The notes beneath the pieces are model-generated. The model did not search any database, had not been told where the DNA came from, and worked only from the letters and a program-made list of their open reading frames with translations. The position numbers were made by a program, and so were the translations under genes. From Caldisericia bacterium (GTDB taxonomy: Bacteria > Caldisericota > Caldisericia > JAAYUI01), in NCBI GenBank assembly GCA_963674785.1, contig OY771555.1, positions 544,001-608,000 on the forward strand: DNA of 64,000 nt, read 5' to 3'. Positions 20,607 to 28,993 of this stretch are shown piece after piece. The stretch's first letter is position 1, and each line of letters starts with the position of its first letter.

Positions 20607-21922
20607 AACGCCTTATACTCTATACCCTTGCCCTCAACCTTGGTTTTTTCAAACAGGAATCTTGTATCAATGAGGAGCGATTTGTCCTTCATTCCCTTAA
20701 GGATTTCAACATCATTGAAGGTTCCAGGAAGAAGTGGGTCTTGCCTTGCACCAGTGATGACAATAAAGGCATTTTTCACTGCTTCATCAATTGATTCAAT
20801 ATAATTGAGCTCTACACCAACATGTTTACGATCAACATTATTGTCCCAGACCACAAGCTCTCCGTCATGGTTCTCTTTCAGGTATTTTGCAATTGCAGCT
20901 GCCGGTGACCATCTGGCATCGGTGCTATAGTCTTTCATGGCAATGCCGATGATTGCGATTTTTCCATGCTTTATATTATTCTCAGATAACCAATCCACCG
21001 CTAGTTTTGCGATGTGTTCTGGTTGATAGAAGTTTGCTTTTCTTGAGGTTTCAATAATTGGGAGGCTAGCCCCGACCTCATCTGCTGCTGGTTTTAGGTA
21101 GTACATGGCTTGCGGTAGACAGTGACCACCAACACCTGGACCCGGATGATGAAGGAAACCCACACGCTTGTGTGTGCGAACAAGGTCAAGTACTTCCTTG
21201 GTATCGAGGTTGTATGCGGTGCAGAAATTTGCATATTCATTGGCAAGCGCGATGTTTACATCTCGGGCGATGTTTTCAAAAACCTTTGCAGTTTCTACTG
21301 CCTCAGGGCAGCTTGCACGGACAACATTACTGACACCCATCTGCTCAAGAAGTGACGCTGCTTTTTCTGTTGCCACGGGTGTGAGTCCAGCAACAGGAGT
21401 TGTCATTCCGGTAAGTTCAGCAAATGCTGCACCCTCGGCCATTCGCTCTGATGAGAATGCAAGGTCAAAATCATCGGGCACCTTAAGCCCTGAATATTTT
21501 TCAAGTCTTGGTGCAATGAAGTTTCTGGTTTGCCCAACAATGAGTGTCGACCTTGCGATGACCAAAGCACCTTTTTTCAGTCTTGTTCCAAGAGTCTCGA
21601 GTGCTGATGAAAGGTCAGCCGGGTCAGCTCTATTGTCAACAAGTGGAATTCCCACTGTAAGAATTATTTTCTGATCATCATAACCCAAGGCTTCATCAGG
21701 ATTTGTTGTTGGATGATATCTGCCAGTGTCCATTGCTTTTTTCAAGATGCTCTGGATTGATTCACCATCTTTTTCTTCAAACATGGTGACTGTGCCAGAC
21801 TTGACCTGCTCGATGTAATCTGCTCTAACATCAAGCCCAAACACCTCGAACCCCGCATCAAGAAGGGTGAGTGAGAGCGGTAAACCAACGTATCCAAGAC
21901 CAATGACTGTTACTTTGTCCAT
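20603..21922 (-). CDS. Nucleotide-sugar dehydrogenase (UDP-glucose/GDP-mannose DH family, WecC/WbpA-like)
   Basis: GLGYVGLP Rossmann motif, ETAKVFENIARDVNIALANE, GPGVGGHCLP, GIAMK, DARWSP. Confidence 0.93.
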   Translation of the reverse strand: MDKVTVIGLGYVGLPLSLTLLDAGFEVFGLDVRADYIEQVKSGTVTMFEEKDGESIQSILKKAMDTGRYHPTTNPDEALGYDDQKIILTVGIPLVDNRADPADLSSALETLGTRLKKGALVIARSTLIVGQTRNFIAPRLEKYSGLKVPDDFDLAFSSERMAEGAAFAELTGMTTPVAGLTPVATEKAASLLEQMGVSNVVRASCPEAVETAKVFENIARDVNIALANEYANFCTAYNLDTKEVLDLVRTHKRVGFLHHPGPGVGGHCLPQAMYYLKPAADEVGASLPIIETSRKANFYQPEHIAKLAVDWLSENNIKHGKIAIIGIAMKDYSTDARWSPAAAIAKYLKENHDGELVVWDNNVDRKHVGVELNYIESIDEAVKNAFIVITGARQDPLLPGTFNDVEILKGMKDKSLLIDTRFLFEKTKVEGKGIEYKAL

Positions 21923-21929
21923 GGGTGGG

Positions 21930-21957
21930 ATTGTAACGCTGTGGGTTTGTTATTCAA
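21930..21957 (-). promoter_or_regulatory. Promoter TTGAAT-N16-TACAAT, predicted leaderless transcript
   Basis: The -10 ends 7 nt before ATG 21922 and there is no Shine-Dalgarno. Confidence 0.65.
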
Positions 21958-22130
21958 GAATGGTTATACTGAAAAAATGTTCATTATAAAAATTGGTGAT
22001 TTTTTATAATGCAGGCACCTGCGTTATAAAAAGTTTTGCACAATAACGAATATCTTGCTGGTTTATTCTATGTCACTTCAATATAATAGAACTAGATATT
22101 ATAGTAAATAACAATAATATATAATACTTC

Positions 22131-23321
22131 CTACTGACTCTCCATTAATCTAATCACATCTAAACAACAGAAAATTTTAGTGTTTCTGATACTTTCAATT
22201 TCAGAAACGATTCCCAAATCAAGTAACTTTTTGACAATAATCCTTGTTGTTTGGTAACTCACTTTCGACTCTTCCGATAGATTTTTCCATGAAAAGAAAG
22301 GAAGCCCAAGAATAACATTGATTATATCACGATAATTGTTATTAATCTTTACATCATTCTGTTCAAGAAGATTCATCCATTTCAACTTGAGCTCCAAAAG
22401 GTTGAAAAGTAACAACATTGATTCATTTGTTTGTAAAGAAACACCTTCAAGAAAAAACTTTATCCATGGTGATAATTCAGATGTTTTTGATGTATGAAGC
22501 AATAAATCATAATATTCTTGTCTGTTCTTCTCAAAATAAGATGCAAGGTTTATTTGATATTTAGAACCCAGGAATTCCTGAGAAATCAGCTTTTGGATAA
22601 TCATCCTTCCGATTCTTCCATTACCATCTCCGAAAGGATGGATTGTCTCAAACTGATAATGTGAGATTGCAATCTTAATAAGCATTGGGGTTCTATCATC
22701 AACAATATAATTCAACAGATTATCCATTAACTCATCAATATGTATGAATCTAACTGGAATAAACCGAGCATCTTTCGCTTGGCCACCTCTTTTTCCGATC
22801 CAAACATCATGATCCCTGAACTTGCCAGGGTTTTTTTCTACATTTTTTGATGAACTGCACATCAGAATCTCATGGGAATCGAGAATCGATTTTTTACAAA
22901 GATCAACATTCAAAAGAAAACTTGAAGCCTGGATATTATCAAATGCTTCCCTGACAGAATCCATTGTTGTTTTTCCTGTAATTACTCCCATAAACTCTGA
23001 GTCATCAAGTAAACCCCTTAGATAAATATCTTTTAATGTAACGAAGTTGTTTTCTATTCTCTGGGAACTTGTCACCTCAGCATTAAGAATTGCTCTGGAG
23101 GTGAGTGCTAATGACAATTTTGGGAGCTCAGTTCCCTTAAAAAAATAGAGCTCCTTGAGTTTTTGCAAAGCAGTAAGCGCGGAAGTATAGATACTGAGCA
23201 AATCAACATCCATTTCAAATGGAATTGGAAGCATTGAAGGCTTAAAAGAATCAAAAAATTCGCCTTGCAATAAAACTTCCTCGAACTCTCCAAGTGGATT
23301 CGTAAATTCATTAATATCCAT
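22131..23321 (-). CDS. Fic family protein (Fic/DOC N-terminal domain, C-terminal HTH)
   Basis: Canonical HPFGDGNGRIGR motif and SSQRIEN inhibitory-type motif. Confidence 0.93.
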   Translation of the reverse strand: MDINEFTNPLGEFEEVLLQGEFFDSFKPSMLPIPFEMDVDLLSIYTSALTALQKLKELYFFKGTELPKLSLALTSRAILNAEVTSSQRIENNFVTLKDIYLRGLLDDSEFMGVITGKTTMDSVREAFDNIQASSFLLNVDLCKKSILDSHEILMCSSSKNVEKNPGKFRDHDVWIGKRGGQAKDARFIPVRFIHIDELMDNLLNYIVDDRTPMLIKIAISHYQFETIHPFGDGNGRIGRMIIQKLISQEFLGSKYQINLASYFEKNRQEYYDLLLHTSKTSELSPWIKFFLEGVSLQTNESMLLLFNLLELKLKWMNLLEQNDVKINNNYRDIINVILGLPFFSWKNLSEESKVSYQTTRIIVKKLLDLGIVSEIESIRNTKIFCCLDVIRLMESQ

Positions 23322-23454
23322 CAGCGCAATAATAAACCATCATGAAACCAATAGCAAGCATAGGTGATGATTTCTTGATCAAAAATAAGCATGATTGCCA
23401 CAAACCTCTATCAATCTATAAATAACTAGATAGAAAAATTAGAACATCCTTTCA

Positions 23455-23730
23455 TTATCTTGGGACAAAATCTAGAGCATCATAAAGCTCATTAGCTGAG
23501 CTGAGTACATCAATATTTTTCTCAAGTGTTCTGGCTTGTTGCTCTAACATTTCAATATGTTTTTCTATTGGTGTCGCCAGATCAACCCCAATATCTAAAT
23601 TTCTGAGTTTTGGTAGAACACTCTTTAGTCCATCAGCATTCTCCCTGTCAGCCTTGATACACCCTCGCATATTTTTTTCAAGATATGTGGAAATCTCTTT
23701 CAGTTTCTCTCTTACCAATTCAGAACTCAT
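23455..23730 (-). CDS. Small coiled-coil hypothetical protein, last gene of the cluster
   Basis: 91-aa ORF with RBS GAGGGG. Confidence 0.65.
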   Translation of the reverse strand: MSSELVREKLKEISTYLEKNMRGCIKADRENADGLKSVLPKLRNLDIGVDLATPIEKHIEMLEQQARTLEKNIDVLSSANELYDALDFVPR

Positions 23731-23762
23731 AACACCCCCTCACAAGTAATAATAACATATTT

Positions 23763-24095
23763 CTATGAATTGCAAATTTCTTTTGAGCTTATGTTACTCC
23801 TCCCAAACACAATCTTACTCTTCGTATTCTCCTTCACACCTTTCAGAAGCTCCAGTACATCATGGAGTGCTCCTGATGGCAGGCTGACCAAAGCACCGGC
23901 GACAAAACACGAAACAAGGTTCAAGTCACCATGTAGCCACCAGAGGAGTGGGGCAAGGGCAAGCCCCGAGAGTGTCGCAAGGATTCTCCTGTCGACATTT
24001 GGTAAAAGCCCTTTTACAAGCTCAACAACTCTTTCAGAAATTGGTGTCATAAGTCCAACTACAAGCAAAATTTCACTGATCATTTTTTCCTCCAA
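23763..24095 (-). CDS. Putative holin
   Basis: 110 aa with 2-3 hydrophobic helices (ERVVELVKGL..., GALVSLPSGALHDVL) and a basic tail. Lies next to the lysin-like gene. Confidence 0.65.
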   Translation of the reverse strand: MEEKMISEILLVVGLMTPISERVVELVKGLLPNVDRRILATLSGLALAPLLWWLHGDLNLVSCFVAGALVSLPSGALHDVLELLKGVKENTKSKIVFGRSNISSKEICNS

Positions 24096-24589
24096 AATTT
24101 CAAATAATTGTCTTTTTCGTAATTTTCAAATCCCAAAACATTCATCAGCCAGAAAAGTGGTGCAAAAAGGATCCCTTTCCTTTCAATCATCATCTCTGGT
24201 AGTTTTCTTGGTTTATCATCTACATGTGCTACATCAGAATCTTTCCAAAACTCAATTTGTCTTGAATCAATTGATGTATAAACATTTGCCAAAGTTTGAT
24301 GATTATGCCCATCATTTTCAAAAGAAATAACCTGCGAATTGAGGTTATGTCTTGTGCTCAAAATCCTGATAAGTTCAGAAAGTCCGGAATCTTGTGCTCC
24401 ACAGAAAAGCTCCCCTTGATTATTTCTGACACAACCAATGATGATTTTTTCAGTTTCCTTATCGTCCAAGAATTGAATCCAAGAACCATCAGGTCTTATG
24501 ACATAATGAAAATGGTTCTTCACAAAATCCTTTTTTGAAGTAAGGTCGCTATTGTTCAGATATTTCAGTACAATTTTTTTCTCAGACAT
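24080..24589 (-). CDS. Degenerate Amidase_2-like protein with a short stalk/Cu-amine-oxidase-N-like tail
   Basis: HYVIRPDGSWIQ and AQDSGLSELIRILSTRHNL match the amidase scaffold, but the Zn-ligand motifs are not evident. C-terminal IERKGILFAPLFWLMNVLG. Confidence 0.5.
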   Translation of the reverse strand: MSEKKIVLKYLNNSDLTSKKDFVKNHFHYVIRPDGSWIQFLDDKETEKIIIGCVRNNQGELFCGAQDSGLSELIRILSTRHNLNSQVISFENDGHNHQTLANVYTSIDSRQIEFWKDSDVAHVDDKPRKLPEMMIERKGILFAPLFWLMNVLGFENYEKDNYLKFWRKK

Positions 24590-24594
24590 AAAAA

Positions 24595-24876
24595 TTAACC
24601 CAATCCAAACTTTAACAGAATCCAAGAAACAAGTACGGAACCAGCAATTGTAAGGGTTGATTTAAGTATCTCCATAATAAATTCCCATCTTCTTTTACCT
24701 GCAGTTTTTCCTCTTTCATCCAGACATTTTTCAATTTTTGACATTCTTTTGCTGCAGTCTTCAGGGTTATGCAAAGTTTTTCTGATCTGCCTAAACTCAG
24801 CTTGAATTGATTTGCCCATCTGCTCAATCCGATCGGACAAATCAGACATCCACATCCTTAAAGTCTCATCACTCAT
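24595..24876 (-). CDS. XhlA-like membrane protein (coiled coil plus C-terminal TM)
   Basis: 93 aa, RMSKIEK coiled coil, one C-terminal TM helix, lysis-cassette position. Confidence 0.55.
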   Translation of the reverse strand: MSDETLRMWMSDLSDRIEQMGKSIQAEFRQIRKTLHNPEDCSKRMSKIEKCLDERGKTAGKRRWEFIMEILKSTLTIAGSVLVSWILLKFGLG

Positions 24877-25388
24877 TTGACCACATCCAGAATGTTTTTT
24901 GGAATATCTGATAACTCAGGCCAGCTTTTATTTTTCTCAAATGAAATTGCTAAATCTCTCATATGGATATAACCCTCCTCCCACCTGTGAAACCAGCAGT
25001 CAGAGTATTTTGAGGTTTCAGTGTAGAGGCAGGCTACATCAATGTTGAACGCTGAAATCGGTGGCTGGTGGTATGTCCTCCAGATAGTGGTCGCAATCAC
25101 CGGCACAAGGGCAAAATCTTCATGATTCCACGAATCAACATAAATCCAAACTGTTTCTCTATTGATCTGATTATTTCCTGGAATCTCAGGGTCAAGCACA
25201 TCAAGAGTGTCCCTCACAGATTTCAGTTTTGTTACCTTTCCATCGGTGATTTTTATGTGCGCAGGATACTTATCACAGACATGCACATATACGCGTCTGA
25301 TGAGCCTTGGTCTTGCAAACACAAAACCAGAGCAGACAATCAAAACAGCAGCCGTAAACAAAAGTATTATTCTTCTCCCAATTTTCAT
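24873..25388 (-). CDS. Hypothetical exported protein inside the virion operon
   Basis: RBS GGAGG before ATG 25388 and a signal peptide MKIGRRIILLFTAAVLIVCSGFVFA. Confidence 0.7.
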   Translation of the reverse strand: MKIGRRIILLFTAAVLIVCSGFVFARPRLIRRVYVHVCDKYPAHIKITDGKVTKLKSVRDTLDVLDPEIPGNNQINRETVWIYVDSWNHEDFALVPVIATTIWRTYHQPPISAFNIDVACLYTETSKYSDCWFHRWEEGYIHMRDLAISFEKNKSWPELSDIPKNILDVVK

Positions 25389-25407
25389 TCTTCCCCTCCA
25401 AAAAAAA

Positions 25408-26112
25408 TTATGGTGCAGTAATGAGTTGAACAGATAAACTCGGTGTTGATAGAGAGTTCCAGAAACACCACACTCCGATGCCAACAGATGGGACAATATG
25501 TTTTGCAATCGGAATATTGACACTCCAAATCTCTGTTTCAAGCTGGTTTGGTGATACATAAGTATCTAACCCAAGCTGCCAGGGAGATGCCATCGGTGTT
25601 ACTGGTTTATCAGACCACCCGTACCAATTTGTATGTGTAAAATCAAACCTGGGTGCGCCAATATCTGTCACAGAATAATATGGTTGATCGGGTTCATACA
25701 TGGCTGTTGTTAAAACAACAGAACCCATAATTCCAGGATCAGAAGTCGGAGGAACAGGTGGTGTGATTGGGTCTGGCATTGAGGTGATTGAAATTCCATA
25801 TATCTGAGCGAAACCCATAATTGAGATCACTTTCTGCCACTGCTGACAGATTGTTGTGTTACCCGAGACATTTGGTGTTGGTACATACTCAATTCCATCT
25901 ACACCAGAGTTTGTACCTTCAATAAAAACTTCTGTCATTTGCTCAACTGAGTTTTTGACCGTTCCTTTTACATTTTGCACCCATGTTGTTGCATGTTCTT
26001 CTGCTCCTGCAAATGTTGCAAGCGATAGGTCTTCGACAAATCCAACAAAGTTTTTCAGTTCACCATTTGCAGCTCTGCACTGGGACCACGCCACTATCTC
26101 CTGTCCACGCAT
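25408..26112 (-). CDS. Hypothetical protein (tail-tip region)
   Basis: 234-aa ORF with a Pro-rich linker, coupled to the upstream stop (TAATG). Confidence 0.7.
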   Translation of the reverse strand: MRGQEIVAWSQCRAANGELKNFVGFVEDLSLATFAGAEEHATTWVQNVKGTVKNSVEQMTEVFIEGTNSGVDGIEYVPTPNVSGNTTICQQWQKVISIMGFAQIYGISITSMPDPITPPVPPTSDPGIMGSVVLTTAMYEPDQPYYSVTDIGAPRFDFTHTNWYGWSDKPVTPMASPWQLGLDTYVSPNQLETEIWSVNIPIAKHIVPSVGIGVWCFWNSLSTPSLSVQLITAP

Positions 26113-26843
26113 TATGATTGCCCCTTTTCAAATGAAATTGACTCATGTGGAGTATTTGATTCCCATGCGATTGCGGTTGAATGGAAGATATCTGAGGGTT
26201 CTCCCTTCACAAGAAACTGCAATCTTTTTGAGTTTTCCGTGTAACCGTATCTTTCAAAATAGTAGAATTTTCCTGTGGCATGAGATGCCCTTTTGATATC
26301 TGTTAAATCAGAGAAAAAATTGTAGGCCTGCCAGAATGGGAATCCGTTTGTGTAAATCATTCCTGGGTTTCCGCTGTGGGCAATCGGCAGGGAATAAAGT
26401 GTTTTGTCTCTTGTCTCGATATATTCATTCGTATACATCTTCAACTTCATATCAAGACTCTGGAAATGGTATGAGCCTGATAATCCAATGCAATGTATAC
26501 GACCTTTATCCTGAAAATACCCTTCGTACGAAAGCTGATTCAACTGATTCGGATGGACTACCTGCCAATCTGCGTTTGATCTCCTGGGAACAGATGCCTG
26601 GATATGCAAATACATCGGACTAAAATTTGTATCTGATAGCCCACTTATCTCAGAAACATAGTTATCAATGGCACTTTGAAGTTCATCTAAAAGATCAATC
26701 ATTTTTAATCCAAAGGCTTGATAGGCATCAGTCATCTTCCATGAGAGGCTGTCTTCATCGGATAAATCAGTGTTTTTCATGCACTCATAATAAAGCCTGT
26801 TTGCCTCAGCAAGAATTGCAGAAACCACTGGTGGCATAGACAT
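26112..26843 (-). CDS. Hypothetical protein (tail-tip region)
   Basis: 243-aa ORF, N-terminal helical and C-terminal aromatic-rich, translationally coupled. Confidence 0.7.
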   Translation of the reverse strand: MSMPPVVSAILAEANRLYYECMKNTDLSDEDSLSWKMTDAYQAFGLKMIDLLDELQSAIDNYVSEISGLSDTNFSPMYLHIQASVPRRSNADWQVVHPNQLNQLSYEGYFQDKGRIHCIGLSGSYHFQSLDMKLKMYTNEYIETRDKTLYSLPIAHSGNPGMIYTNGFPFWQAYNFFSDLTDIKRASHATGKFYYFERYGYTENSKRLQFLVKGEPSDIFHSTAIAWESNTPHESISFEKGQS

Positions 26844-27133
26844 CAGACCAACCTGCTTTCAATTTCTGTATTTGCGTCAATGACGGTCAAATCTTCAAGA
26901 ATTACTCTTTCAGATTTTGGTTTACCATCAAGATCAAGCCAGGTCTCAGTTGTCATCACCTTCCAACCAGTAACTGTATCAAACCAGATCTGAATATTTT
27001 TTTGTCCCTCATTTTTGTCTGATACCCCAGAAAGATTCAAAAGTTGTGTTACTTGTGGCCAACCGTAATCAGGAATTGTTGAAAGTATCATTGCGGCTGA
27101 TTCATAAGCTTGAAGTTTTTCTAAAATTGTCAT
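26843..27133 (-). CDS. Small hypothetical protein (tail region)
   Basis: 96-aa ORF with RBS AAGGGG and TGATG coupling. Confidence 0.7.
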   Translation of the reverse strand: MTILEKLQAYESAAMILSTIPDYGWPQVTQLLNLSGVSDKNEGQKNIQIWFDTVTGWKVMTTETWLDLDGKPKSERVILEDLTVIDANTEIESRLV

Positions 27134-27155
27134 GTTATCCCCTTATTAATTCTAA

Positions 27156-28472
27156 TTAAAGTTGCACAAGCGACGCCCCATCAAACATCGCCACCCCACC
27201 ATCGGTTGAGTTGATCTGTCCATAAAGTCTCACTTCAATTGGGTTTACTCCACTTGCTGTAACAACAGATACCCTAACCCATTTATTTTTGAATGATGTC
27301 ATGCAAGAGGAGGCACAATCGAGTGTTGTTGTCACAGATGAGTATCCAGTTGGGATTATCTCAATCATCGCTTTGCTGTCTGTTTTTACCCAACATGAAA
27401 ATTCAACATATCCACTTGACACACCGGTATATGTCTGTGAATAATAACTCCAATTTGTATCGGGAGTGGTTTCAAGTTGAAGACATGAATCACCGAGAAT
27501 CCCGCTTCCCTCTGTGGTAACTGATGTACCATCTCCACCTTTTGTCCATCCCTCTGGTTCGCCATTATTCCAGTTGGAAAAAATCGGATTTTTAAGCCTC
27601 AGTATACCAGAGCTTTCATCCCTCCTCTCTGAGTAATCGCAAAAACTCGCGGGGAGTAGTGGGGGTTGAGGATTCGAGTTTGCAGGCAAAAACTCATATT
27701 TGCTTATGTGCTGTTCAATGTACCTGTATGTGGCTTTTACAACAGGAGAGTTTTCAACAACTATTGCCCCTGCTGTATGTGAATACTCAAGCGATGAAGA
27801 CAATGTAACTGATCCTGTTGAAACCGATGATACTGTTTTTATTTCATCTTCAAGTGAAGTGTCCCCGGCAACAACAATCAAATCACCCTCTTCAAACCCA
27901 GTTTCAGAAACAACAGATATTGTTGATGCTCCGGCTGAAATATCAGATGAAAGTGTCGTATCCCCCTTGATCACTTCATTGAAAACCACCTTGCCATTTA
28001 CATAATCAATGTAGTAATCGGCAGCAAGGGTTTTCTCCTCACCGTTTACTGTCACATATGGTTCAGGGTCCCTGAGCCAGTCCCCAGTACTTAAACCGTG
28101 GCTCCCGTGCACAGACTGGTAGTTTTTGAAATCTGCAGTTTCAAGTATCTCATCCTCAACAAGAAAGGCGTAATAAACATCACTCACAAACTTTGTCTGT
28201 TGAGGAAGATATGGGTCAAGCCCATCAAAGATATTGCCTGTTGCAAAACATGTGTTTGGTCCAGTCGATGATTCAATTTTGCCAAATATGTCATAATACC
28301 TTATCGTTTCACCCGTCTCTTCATTTGTGATTGAGGTGTCCTGGTAGACATAGGCACCCTCCTCGGATGGCAGGAAGTTTTGAGAGATTATCCCATTGCC
28401 CCATCCGCTTGTTATCTGATCTCTTCCAGCTCCACCCTTAACAGGCTGGATTTTTGGTTTTGATGGTAACAT
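27156..28472 (-). CDS. Putative receptor-binding/tail-tip protein with a C-terminal carbohydrate-binding-like (CBM4/9-type) domain
   Basis: YYIDYVNGKVVF, an inserted beta domain, and C-terminal NPIFSNW..PEGW..FSCWVKT..WVRVSV..FDGASL. Confidence 0.65.
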   Translation of the reverse strand: MLPSKPKIQPVKGGAGRDQITSGWGNGIISQNFLPSEEGAYVYQDTSITNEETGETIRYYDIFGKIESSTGPNTCFATGNIFDGLDPYLPQQTKFVSDVYYAFLVEDEILETADFKNYQSVHGSHGLSTGDWLRDPEPYVTVNGEEKTLAADYYIDYVNGKVVFNEVIKGDTTLSSDISAGASTISVVSETGFEEGDLIVVAGDTSLEDEIKTVSSVSTGSVTLSSSLEYSHTAGAIVVENSPVVKATYRYIEQHISKYEFLPANSNPQPPLLPASFCDYSERRDESSGILRLKNPIFSNWNNGEPEGWTKGGDGTSVTTEGSGILGDSCLQLETTPDTNWSYYSQTYTGVSSGYVEFSCWVKTDSKAMIEIIPTGYSSVTTTLDCASSCMTSFKNKWVRVSVVTASGVNPIEVRLYGQINSTDGGVAMFDGASLVQL

Positions 28473-28486
28473 TTTTCTTATCCTCC

Positions 28487-28993
28487 TTATTCCCAGACAA
28501 TTTCCCAACAAACAGTTTTTGATACTTCATTTGTTTTTGGTTCATTACATTGTGCAATAGAAAAAAGTGTTCCATCTGAAAGGAACAATCCCACTTTTCT
28601 CCAGTTAAAATTCATCTCGGGTGTACCCACAAAATTTGTTATAATCAATTTATCACCAACAGGGTCAACCTGCTCAATCACTCTTTTTGATGTGGTTCTT
28701 CCAAGCGATGTGTCAAATTGTGTTGGAGTTTCTGTTGATGTTGATGCCCCAAATTTCAAAATCTTGAACCTTGGAACAATGCTTCCATTATGGTTTTTCT
28801 GCGGATTTGAGAGAGCAGAAATCACAGCCCTTCTTCCTGCAGATGTTATCAAATTCCTGGTTTCAAAATCATCAATTATCACCTTCCCAAAAAGATGATC
28901 TTTGATGAACATATCCATCTGGGTTTCATTCATCCCCTCAGGAATCTTTCCTTTTATCATCATAAGCCAATTCTTCATCAGTTTCCCTCCCAT
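28487..28993 (-). CDS. Tail collar/fibre-anchor-like protein (DUF3751-like)
   Basis: NLITSAGRRA..., EMNFNWRKVGLF..GTLFS..PKT pattern. Confidence 0.65.
   Translation of the reverse strand: MGGKLMKNWLMMIKGKIPEGMNETQMDMFIKDHLFGKVIIDDFETRNLITSAGRRAVISALSNPQKNHNGSIVPRFKILKFGASTSTETPTQFDTSLGRTTSKRVIEQVDPVGDKLIITNFVGTPEMNFNWRKVGLFLSDGTLFSIAQCNEPKTNEVSKTVCWEIVWE

Noticed and set aside
22081-22110. dif-like site (TAGAACTAGATATTATAGTAAAT)
   Set aside because: Only a loose match to the Xer consensus in very AT-rich DNA, and the arm spacing does not fit well.
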